A model generated the notes under the pieces. The model saw nothing but the letters and a program-made list of their open reading frames with translations, was not told the DNA's origin and did no database searches. This document shows positions 53,941-64,000 of a stretch of DNA of 64,000 nucleotides, piece by piece (position 1 is the first letter of the stretch; each line of letters starts with the position of its first letter). This DNA is from Octopus sinensis (Eukaryota). Made by a program: the position numbers and the translations under genes. The stretch covers positions 41,664,001 to 41,728,000 of the forward strand of contig NC_043001.1 in assembly GCF_006345805.1 (NCBI RefSeq), written 5' to 3'.

Positions 53941-54443
53941 TTGATCAAAATTGTTGGAAACCTTGCACCAAATCTCAGTTGGTTTCCAAATACTATCAGT
54001 ATCAGATAAAAAAAATTTTTAAAGACTTTTGCATTTGTGCTGAAAACTTTGCTGGTTATGGACCATTCTCAGTCATATGGAAGGCTATTGTCTTTCAAAT
54101 TGAAGATCTGTCCAGCAAGAGAAGTAGAACTCTATACTTTTCAAAATATAACCATTCAAAATACTTTTGAATGGTTAATATATTCTTATAATGACACATG
54201 GTCACATTTTTAGGACAGAGTTAATTGAATCAATTCCAATGTTAGCCAAGTACTTATTTTATCAACCAACGAGGAATGAAAGACAAGAGTGACCTCATCT
54301 AAATTAGAAATCAAAAATTAAATGGGAACAAATATGAATGCTGCAACACATTCAGTTATGTGTTCAACCATTTCTGTAACTACAGTACCTTCAATTCTTT
54401 AAAAATAAAATTTATACATAAAATACTGGTCTTGAACTGACAG

Positions 54444-54601
54444 AGGGATATAAGCCTAATCAGCCTATGCGTAGTTCTGAATCAGAGACAGATATGTCCT
54501 TCAAATTTATTGCTGGAAAATACCAATATCAGTGCCCAGATCTCAGCAATGACTCGACAGAGAAAAGTCATTGTGGTCTAATTGACAGAGAAACATGGTA
54601 A
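54444..54601 (+). CDS. Possible terminal exon of a plus-strand gene
   Basis: ctgacag| phase-1 acceptor, then (E)GYKPNQPMRSSESETDMSFKFIAGKYQYQCPDLSNDSTEKSHCGLIDRETW* in unique sequence; polypyrimidine tract is weak. Confidence 0.3.
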
Positions 54602-54814
54602 ACAAAACCATTATACAGATTCAGCTTTCAAGAACCTTACCATTTCATTACATCAATCAATAGTAAGGTCAAGATAAACACTTAGAGAGCCAAATTTTTT
54701 TTAATTATTAGATCAAAATATTGGCTTCAATATTTTTATTATCAGTGACATTGTGAACATCTTCAACCAGAAAATGAATATAAGTTGAGGATTTAGCTTG
54801 CCAAGTGCTGCTTG

Positions 54815-55016
54815 CCATCATCATCATCATTTAATGTCCATTTTCCATATTTTGGAGCACTTGACAGAAGCTGGCAAGGCCAGGTTCCATAGTCTGTTTT
54901 GGCTTGGTTTCCACAGCCAGATGCCCTTCCTAACAACAACCACTTTACAGAGTGAACTGCGTGCTTTTTACCTGGCACCATCACCAGTGCTTTTTACATG
55001 GAACTAGCATGAAATA
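54815..55016 (-). mobile_element. RTE 3'-tail-only copy
   Basis: (CAT)n ttaatgtcc...gatgcccttcctaac, the reverse complement of 50220-50400. Confidence 0.8.
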
Positions 55017-55019
55017 ATA

Positions 55020-58000
55020 TATCATCATCATCATCAACATTTAACATCTGTGTTCCATGCTGGCATATGGTGGGATGGTACCACAAGAGCTGGCCAGGCC
55101 GAAACCTGCACCAGACTTCTGTGACTGTTTTGGCAGGATTTTTATAGCTGGATGCCCTTCTTAACACCAACCACTCACAGAGTGGACTTAGTGCTTTTTA
55201 TGTGGCACAAGCACAGGCGAGGTGAGTTTTGGCAAGATTTTTACAGCTGGATACCCTTCCAAACACCAACCACTTTACAGTGTGGACTGGATGCTTTTAA
55301 GTGGTGCCTGCACTGACAGGGTCACCAAGTACTGACAAGACAAAAATCTTTTAAGAGGGGAGGAGGCATTGGAGGAGGTGATGATAAAAAGGTTATAGTG
55401 TGACAGATATAAGTGCCTTGCTGAAGAGGAAGTACAAAGTTACCCAGCCGAAGAGAGATCAGGAATGAAGACAGAAACAGGTCTGCTGCAGCAAAGAAAA
55501 TACAGTTGCCCAGCCTGAGGGAAGTGCAAGAGAAAGAGAGAGAGAGAGTGGGAGACTGCAGGATGGAGATGGTGGCAAAATGCTGGGCATTTTCAGAAGG
55601 AATGGGGATCAGGGTATAAATGAGATGGTTGAGTAAAGAAAGAGAGAGATATAGATTGTGGCAAGTGCCAGGGCATACCCTTGAAGATCAAATGCCATAA
55701 TATAAGGGACAGGATATTGTGAAGGGAGTGCAATTAAAGTGTGAGTAAGTGGCAAAAAACCTGGGCATATATAGAGTTGGAGGGGCTAATGGATTGCAAT
55801 GATACAGAGGAGCAGGGGTGTGAGGACAGGATTGGGGAGTGAGAACTAGGCATAGTGAATGAAGGAGGAAATGCAAGAAAGAGTGGTAAATTGGTTTGTT
55901 GGGGTAGGGTGAGGGAAAGTTTTCTTGTTATGTGTGGATGGAACACCCAGGTTGAGGGCTAGCAGATGACAAAAATAGTGAGACAAGTCATGTGGGTAGA
56001 ACGCACAGGTTGGGGCAATGGACAAGATTGGGAAGTTGAAGGTAATCATAGTACATAAGGTGAGAATGTGAGGAAGGGAAGGGATGTAGAGACACAGTTT
56101 GGCTTGTTGTGGTAGAGTGTGAGAAGTTTTCTACACAGCACTTCTTGAACTCAGTTTCGCTGATGTGGGTGGATCTTCTCAAGAACTTCATATTGCTAGA
56201 CATCTCAGTCTATGGTTATTTCCTCTGTGAGGTCTAACATCCTGAGATCAGACCTTACCACTTCGTCCCATGTCTTCCTGGGTCTCTGTCTTCTACGGGT
56301 ACCATCCACTTTCAATGATTGGCACTTCTTTATGCAGCTGTCCTTATTCATACACATCACATGTCCAAACTAATGTAGTCTACTCTCTTGTGTGCTACAT
56401 TTTCTTTAAATACATTTGCACTTTGTTGTACATGTGCACTGATGTTGCACATCCAACGGAGCATCCTACCTTCGTTCCTCTCCACTCTACGCATGTCTCC
56501 AGCATTCAGATCCCATGTCTTGCTACCATGGAGTATAGCTGTTTGTATACAAGCATCATATAGTCTACCTTTCATTCTGAGAGTGAGAGGCCTTTTATTG
56601 CCAACAGAGGTAAAAGCTCTGTAAACTTCTTCCACCCAATTCTTATTCTAGAAACAATACTTTCAGAGCATCCTCCACCATTGCTAATTTGGTCACCTAG
56701 GCAATAGAAACTATCTACAACCTCAAGACAGACTTCTGGGCATTTGAGAGAATTTAAAACCCATATGCTCTTAGTGCTTGTTGTTCCTGCACATCTGCCA
56801 CTCACAAAGACTACTCTATCTGTTAATCTACCTGTGATACCACTGCATCTCTTATGCATCCATAGTTTACACTGGGTGCAGCGAATGGAATTTCTTCCAA
56901 CTCCTTTCCTACATACAGGGCAGAACCATTTACCTGATGGAAAGGAAGTTTTATTTTCTTACTAACAACCACTTTTGTCTTTGCTAGGTTAACTTTAAGG
57001 CCCTTTGATTCCAGGTTTTGTTTTCCATACCTGCAATTTCTTCTCCAATTCTGCCAAATATTCTACAATATGAGCAAGACCGTCAGCATATAGTAGTTCC
57101 CACAGGTACCCAGTTTTGAATTCCTCTTTTATGACCTGGAGGACTAAAATGAATAAGAATGTGCTGAGAACTGAGCTCTGGTGAACCCCTACCTGAACGC
57201 TAAACTCATCATTGTATTCATAGCAGACTCACCTTACCAACAGCACCACTGTACGTGGCTTGGACAGCTCTAACAAGCCACTCCTCTACTCCTAGGTTCC
57301 TTAGAGACCACCATATAACAGAACAGGGAACTCTGTCAAAAGCTTTCTCCAGGATGACGAAGGCTAAGCACAATGGCTTATTTTTGGCTAAGTACTTTTC
57401 CTGCAGCTGTCTCATTAGGAAGATGGCATCTGTGGTACTCTTCCCAGGCACAAAACCAAACTGCATCTTATCTAGTTTAATTCTATTTCTAACCAATTGA
57501 ACTACAACCCTCTCAGTAATTTTCAGGACATGGTCTAGCAGTTTAATAGCTCTGTAGTTGTTTCTATCTAAGATATCACCTTTACCCTTATAAGTAGATT
57601 ACTATAATGCTACTACACCAGTTGTTGGGTATGGTGCCTTCCTGAATAACCTAATTAACTATTCAGATGACTAAGCTGTATTGTACTTCACCAGAAATTT
57701 TTAATCATTTTGGCAGTGATTCCTGATGGCCCAGGGGCTTTCCTTGTCTTCATGTCCTCAATTGCCTTATCTATTATGCTGCTATTGACTGTAATGGCAG
57801 GTCCCTCAACTGGTTTGATATGTGTTAAATTCATTTTCCACATTTAGTAACTTTTCACTGTGACACTTCCATGCATCTTTCTTCTCTGAGTCACTAAGTG
57901 CAAGCATACCATTATCCATCTGCACACATTTCTTACCAACCACATATCTATTTTCTCTGATACATGCTTTGTAGTCCTGAACACCACACACCTCTGATCC

Positions 58001-58560
58001 TCATGCTGTAGGACATTTGAAAGTCTCTTACATTTAGCTATGCATACCTGACGTTAGCTGCCTTTTTGGCTACCTGATACAATTCTCTGCTTCCACCATT
58101 TTCCAATTCTTTCTGGCCTGTCTCTTTGCTTTATAACACTGTCAACCTCCTTGCTCCACGATCTTGTCACTTTTGGTCTAGCTGGGACTCTGTACCAAAT
58201 ACAGATTTCATTCATAACTCTCAGTAGATTGTCCCTCAAGAACTTCCAGTTGTCCTCTAAGCTATATGTCCCCAACTCTACCTATCTTTCGTCAGAAGCT
58301 TCCATTAGCAAATCTCTAAATTTTTGTCTGCTTGCTGGGTCTTTGAGCTTCCATAGTCTTCTTTTCAAGATTGGTTTATTTCTCCAGGTCTTTCTAGGTC
58401 TAATTCTGAAGTCACTAACTAGTAACCTATGTTGGGTTGAACACTCTTCACTTGGGGAAAGACTTAGCATTTTTTAGCATCCATCTATCTCGTCTGGTGA
58501 GGATGTAGTCAATCTGGCTTATGTGCTCACCAGACTGATAAGTGATTAGGTGACTGGCTG
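55020..58560 (-). mobile_element. Long RTE-clade LINE remnant (endonuclease C-terminal part, RT, 3' UTR, tail)
   Basis: EECSTQHRLLVSDF, QFGFVPGKSTTDAIFLMRQLQEK, LEKAFDRVP and LHGSKTW; (CAT)n tail at 55021. Confidence 0.92.
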
Positions 58561-58954
58561 GTTTAAGCAATGAATACAAAATGAAAGAAGACAGGAGAGA
58601 CAAGTTTTCACAAATACTTCCAGTGAACCAAGTTGCACTTATTACTGTTAAATAAAGCTCATAAAATTGACTAAAATTTTGATTTCTAACAAAGGCATAT
58701 TCCCAGAAAATTTTGAAAATGATCCCTCCATTTATTGTTCCTGAGGACTTTTAGCTTTAATTTTTGACTTGTTGGGGTTTTTATGGCTGCTTATTTCATT
58801 TATCAGGCTAGTGATGTCTGCTCGTTTGCTGCAGCATGTTTAATTTGATTTATTTTACTTTGGATGTAGCTATGTTGTTAAGATTGATACATATCTACTA
58901 GTTCTTTCAGTAGTTTTTTTGAAATTGGCTTCATTTGAGAAGCTTGGATGTACA

Positions 58955-59613
58955 ATTTTAGCTGCATGTGATGTTAAACTGCTTGTTAATCCAAGTAAAA
59001 CCAAAATTATTGCTTACAATCAACAAGGATCCATCACCAACATCAGCAGAGATCCCATCAATCAAGATGATGATTTCATGTTTTTCGGTTCTGAGATAGC
59101 CTCAACTGAAAAGCATATGAAAACTTGGATGGCCAAAGCATGGTTGACCCTAAGCAAACTGGGTGTTATCTGGAAATCAACCCTGTCTGAATTTTTTCCG
59201 TGCAACAGTAGAGTCAGTCCTTTTATATGGAGCAACAGCCTGGATGCTTACCAAAAACTGGAATTCAAGTTAGATGGATCTTACACCCAAAAGCTAAGAG
59301 CAATCTTAAACATGTCTTGGAGAACTCATCTCATGAAGAAACAGGCTGTATGGAGATTTGCCTGTTTTTTCTATTACAAAGGAAAGGTGCGTGCACTTTG
59401 CAGGACATAGTTGGTGACAAACAAAAGAGTTGACAAGTGACTTACTGCTATGGATGCCAAAGCATAACTATACTCGAGCTGGTCATCCAAACACAACGTA
59501 ATGTAAATCAACTTACCAGAGACACTGAATACCTCCCACAACTAATGCAGGACGGAGATGGATGGTGTGCATGGGTTAAAAATGTCCAGTCAAGCTCAAC
59601 CAGTTGATGATGA
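58955..59613 (+). mobile_element. RTE/RTEX-type LINE 3' fragment of a different family
   Basis: NPSKTK, AKAWLTLSKLGVIWKS and KLDGSYTQKLRAILNMSW; ends in gatgatga. Confidence 0.75.
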
Positions 59614-59956
59614 ACAAAGGCATAAATACACAAAATCTTTCAAGTAGTTGGCTGGTGCTTTATTGTACTGACCCCCGACCATCCACTCTCAGGATGAAAA
59701 CAAAGATGACAAGTGAGATTTAAATTCAGAACATAAAGGTACAAAAGTACTACAGAATGTTTAACCATCACCTTTGGGATTCAAGCAATTCTGTTGTTAC
59801 CAATTATACTCATATTACTCTTTGATCTTTTCTTTTAAGTCAGGCATTTTTTCCTGTTTTTGTAGGTCATAATTTCTTTGTTTTATTTCCTCCTAAACAC
59901 TTACAGGAGCATATATCACTTTATAGTTGTACCAAAGAGAAAAAAACAATATCAAA

Positions 59957-59962
59957 TTTATT
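59957..59962 (-). promoter_or_regulatory. Candidate polyadenylation signal (AATAAA) for MRPS7
   Basis: AATAAA on the minus strand about 590 nt past the stop codon in AT-rich sequence; could be chance. Confidence 0.3.
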
Positions 59963-60549
59963 CAAACAATTCATGCCAACTAAATTTGTAAAATTATCTA
60001 GTTGATATTTCCCAAAAAAATGTGAAATAAAATTTCAGAAATAACACCTATGTTAGGAGGGTACAATTAATTAACTTGACTAGTTAGGAAGAATGAAAAA
60101 TTAAGTTATACCCCAGTAAACTAATTATCACAAAGTATTTTATCCAGTACTCTACCAGTTATGCCACTGACCTTAAAAAAATATAAAGAAATAAAATCAG
60201 GTTTCAAAACAAATAATACTAAAAATATTTATCTAATTACCAGTATATTTACATAATATAATTTACAAACATTTTTTTTCTCACTCTACAGTTATTTAAA
60301 TTTCTTTATCAAATAGCTGTACAACAAATCAGAACCTTTCACAGGACACAAACTTTCTGTCCCAGTGCTGTTTTTCCTTCAAGCAAACCATGCACATATG
60401 TCTATGTATTCACATCTACTGCTCATCTTTTCAGTTGATATGTAAACAGTCCATAGACGTTTCCTCTTGGTGTATTGTAGTTACTTCAAACTACGGTATA
60501 TTTAACATAGTAGATTAGATGGACAATTCAGTTTTGCCTCGTTTTTTCT

Positions 60550-60627
60550 TTACCAACGGAAATGAGCATATGCTTTATTGGATTCACATTGCCGGTGAAG
60601 TTCTTGTTTCTTCATTATCGTCCGTCC
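60550..60627 (-). CDS. MRPS7: uS7m last coding exon including the stop codon
   Basis: tatttttatag acceptor; 78 nt encoding GRTIMKKQELHRQCESNKAYAHFRW*, the canonical uS7 C-terminus (K..LH...E.N.A.AH.RW). TAA at 60552-60550. Confidence 0.95.
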   Translation of the reverse strand, partial: GRTIMKKQELHRQCESNKAYAHFRW

Positions 60628-61317
60628 CTATAAAAATAGAAATACGTACATAAACTTCTTATAAAGAACTCAATTTTCTTTACTCTTTCCTTCATACTCC
60701 TAAGACCATCACCTGTTGCAAGCATTTAGACTAGGTCTCAGGTTCCTTCTCCAATGACATTTTTCTCACAGATATTCAGATTGATACTATCCATAACAAT
60801 TTACCAGTTTAGGTGGGCCTAGACTTATTAACAAAAGAGAAAAAAATGCTTCTTTTAAGCTTCAATATATTAAAGCTTAGAACTCCAGTCTTTGTAAATC
60901 TTGATATTGAGTGAAAGTGGCATGACACCAAGATTCATTGCTATGAATTCAAATCTTTGATTCTTTTAGAGTATCCCAAAGCAAGGCACATAACTATGTA
61001 TTTCAGACAAGGGAAGAAACCCCACAAAACAAATACTTGCAACAAGTAACTGTAAATAATTTACATTCATTTTTACCAGTGATGAAACGGAAGTAAAACT
61101 GTTTTATAAAATCAGTGTTACTGCTATTAAGAAAGATTAAAGCAATTAGAAAAGGGAGTAAACATATATATTTTATCAACTTAGAAGATAGGCACTGAAC
61201 ACCCAACACAAAAATATTCTTAATTGAAATTTCCTTTTTGGGAAAAGAAATCAAAAAACCTGGCAGCAATTGTTAATAATACTCAAAGTGAAGGACAGAT
61301 AATTTCAAGAATTAGTT

Positions 61318-61480
61318 TTAAATTTTAGGCCAGCAAGTTCGGTGCAGGGGGTAAGTCGATTACATCAACGTGTGATCAACTGGTACTTATGAAAGCAAAG
61401 TCAGCCCCAGTGGAATTTGAACTTAGAATGTAAAGACGAACAAAATGCAGCTGAGCATTTTGCCCAGTGTGCAAACATTC
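61318..61480 (-). mobile_element. SINE family A in the last MRPS7 intron
   Basis: taagtcgattacatc...gaatttgaacttagaatg...gcattttgcccag. Confidence 0.75.
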
Positions 61481-61560
61481 AAGAATTTAAGAATTAAATT
61501 CTTGAATTAATTTACAAATATCGGGAAAGGACAGCCTGATCCTTTTGCAAACAGAGACAA

Positions 61561-61600
61561 CTATGAGCATGTTTTGGTCTATTAGACCTCATCAGCACAG
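61561..61600 (-). ncRNA. Degenerate minimal type I hammerhead ribozyme motif in the last MRPS7 intron
   Basis: Minus strand ctgtg CTGATGA GGTCT aat AGACC AAAA CATG CT catag. Stems I and II are intact; G12 is A and U16.1 is C. Confidence 0.6.
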
Positions 61601-61846
61601 TATAATCAAACCTGAAAATCATTTGATTTGATTAAATTTTTATAAATAGGTGTTACAAGTACTTTTAGCTTAATATAATTTACATAATTAAAAATAAAAT
61701 GAACTAAAGGAAATAAATAACATGGATAATTGGTTGAATTCCCTCAGCTGATGTTTTCTTAATTATATTTTCTTTCAATTAATCTAGCTTATTTAAATTT
61801 TACTTAGTTAAACGAATAGAAAAAAATTAAAATAAGTATGACATAC

Positions 61847-61984
61847 CTCATAATTATAAGCAGCTAAGATTTCTATAGATAACTTATATGACATCTTCGC
61901 TTTCCACTCTTTGTCACGACAATTCTGGACCAACCATTTCATTGCCAGAAATGTCTGCTTTTTTGGAGGACAGCATACTGGGAC
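61847..61984 (-). CDS. MRPS7: uS7m penultimate coding exon
   Basis: ttttag acceptor and gtatgt donor; 138 nt, phase 0-0. Encodes VPVCCPPKKQTFLAMKWLVQNCRDKEWKAKMSYKLSIEILAAYNYE, containing the uS7 motif VPV...FLAMKW...CRDK. Not in the ORF track. Confidence 0.95.
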
Positions 61985-63525
61985 CTAAAATTGTTTCATA
62001 AAAACAGACATTGAACCAACTCAAATAGATTGCTACTAACTTTCTAAGACAGTTCAATAAGCGTTATGAGCAACAAAGGGATAACAAGGTAGAAGTAAAT
62101 AACAGAAATACACCAAAACAATCAAATAGAATATCACAAGATAGTAAAGTTTCTCCCTATTTAATAGTAAAAACAGAGTCTACTGAATAAATAACAGGAT
62201 ATAGATTTTCTCTCATAGATAGATCAAGCTCTATCATGGTGCTCTTGAGAATCTTAAATTTTCTTTTATTTCAAATTATATATTTGTTAATCTTCTAATA
62301 CATTGTTAAATCTAATTTCATTTGTACAAATATCTGGATGGTATCAATCTGAATGAAATTAGTTTAAATTTGAAAGATAAATAAAACCATGCTCTAACAG
62401 ATCAAATAATACATCAACCTTTATACTGTTTTGCCGGTGTGCATACAAGCTGTGTTTAAACAACCTGCTCTTTCTATGCTTACAATATAACCAACAAATC
62501 ATACAATCCTGATACTTTCAAGAGAAAGAGCTTTCAAATATTTATGTGTTATTCTACTCACTCATAACATGACCATACTCTGTGGCCAATGATTTTTAAA
62601 ATTTAGTCTAAGGAGATATGTAGCCCATAACATTTGTAAAACCTAGCTATATGATTACTGATCGACCCAAACTTCTGAACAGTAAAAAAGCAGGAAGAAG
62701 TTGGCTACAATTCATGATTCAGCAAGGGAATTGAGAGTGAAATAAGAATTATCTTATTCTTTCATTGGTTTCAGCTATTGGATTTTATGGCCATGTTGGG
62801 ATTCTACCTTCAAGTCCCAGCAGCTGGTACTGTATAAATAGCATATAACTAAATATTTTATCAGCCTCAAAAGGAGCAGAGGCAGTTTGTATTAAGAATG
62901 TAAAGGCACATAGCCAAATACCATACATTATATTGGCCAACATTTTCTGATTGTATCAAATGACAAGAGTAGGAGGGCTTGGGTGGACAGACTAAACAGC
63001 TTATCAGTTCTGAGAAGCGATTATTATAGAAGTTTCTAACCTTTGCATTGAAATGATACGTTCCAAATTAATAACTGTTTTAAGCTACAAAAATAGTACA
63101 TAAAGCCATGACAATGTTACAGTTGCAAAAACTGTTCATATTTCAAGATCTTCAGCTAACATGTTTCTAGAAAATATTCATATAAAATAATAGAATGGCA
63201 GCACCTAGTCTTATTTTCATAGGTAGCTATTATGTAAATACAGATCGTAAAGTAGTTTGTTAAAGTAAGCCCATATTTGATGCAGAGTATAAACCATTGT
63301 AAAGTAAAGCAATTTCTATCCCCATACACAATATTTTATGACTCAAAAAGATAGTGAGGATGGGGAGTGAAACTAGTCAGCCCTAAAGGTTATGTCAAGA
63401 AGCCTTGTTATAAAACACTACAATAAAAAGAATTTTCAAAATATCTCTAATACTTAACATATAACAATGTTTAGATAAAATTTTCACAAAGTAATCAAAG
63501 ACAGAGAAACTGTCTTTATACTTAC

Positions 63526-63693
63526 ATTATATCGAACACCACCTTTGTACACCTTCATTAGATATAGAACTGGTTTGCAATTTTCAAGGGCTTCATGGAA
63601 TATTGTAACTGGGTTTAACACAATTTCAGTTTTTACTTCGTCTGAGGCTTTATGATATTTTTCTAACTGGGATATTTTTATGCTCTCCAACAT
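63526..63693 (-). CDS. MRPS7: Mitochondrial ribosomal protein uS7m, third-from-last coding exon (gene continues 5' beyond the window)
   Basis: ttttag acceptor and gtaagt donor; 168 nt, phase 0-0. Encodes MLESIKISQLEKYHKASDEVKTEIVLNPVTIFHEALENCKPVLYLMKVYKGGVRYN, matching the uS7m pattern EKYH..NP.TIFH.AL.NC.P...KGG..Y. Splices in frame to the next exon. Confidence 0.95.
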
Positions 63694-64000
63694 CTAAAAT
63701 AAATTAACATTTTTTAATCCATTTTCCTATGCTGACATGAGGGGTAGTTTTTTTGCACATTTAAACATGTGTATATTGTCTGAGATAGTATATTTACAAA
63801 TTGATGTACTTTTTGCGCCTAACTATTAGGAAACAGTAGTGAAAGTAAATGTCAACTTTGTAGGTTTGAGCTCATAATAAGGTAGTCAATAGTCCAACAA
63901 TTATTACATATATGTGGTTTTTTTACATTGTCAAATGCAAATTCTGGGTAGCTGCTACATACATGCACATTCATATGATGAGCACACACCTGATATACCA

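Noticed and set aside
63694-64000. Further MRPS7 exon upstream of 63693
   Set aside because: No uS7-like frame found; the N-terminal exons must lie outside the window.

Overview
AT-rich, repeat-dense eukaryotic genomic DNA. The SINE/RTE/microsatellite repertoire points to a coleoid cephalopod, most likely Octopus (inference). The only confidently identified host gene is MRPS7 (mitochondrial ribosomal protein uS7m): its last three coding exons lie on the minus strand at 63693-63526, 61984-61847 and 60627-60550, and its 5' exons lie beyond the window. A 360-nt phase 1-1 exon-like ORF (8802-9161) and weaker candidates suggest a second, unidentified plus-strand gene with very large introns. The rest is mostly decayed mobile DNA: six mariner copies, an internally deleted Helitron with both termini, Buster-type hAT and Chapaev3 remnants, RTE, CR1/L2, L1/Tx1-like and Penelope-like retroelement fragments, several tRNA-derived SINE families and TTAA-flanked MITEs. 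The most notable unexplained signals are two minimal type I hammerhead-ribozyme motifs (one with an intact core, one mutated inside the last MRPS7 intron), four long hairpin palindromes, and a perfect 42-nt templated inverted insertion. No CRISPR array, rRNA gene or convincing tRNA gene is present. Coordinates of decayed repeats are approximate. All family names come from motif recognition by eye, not from database searches.
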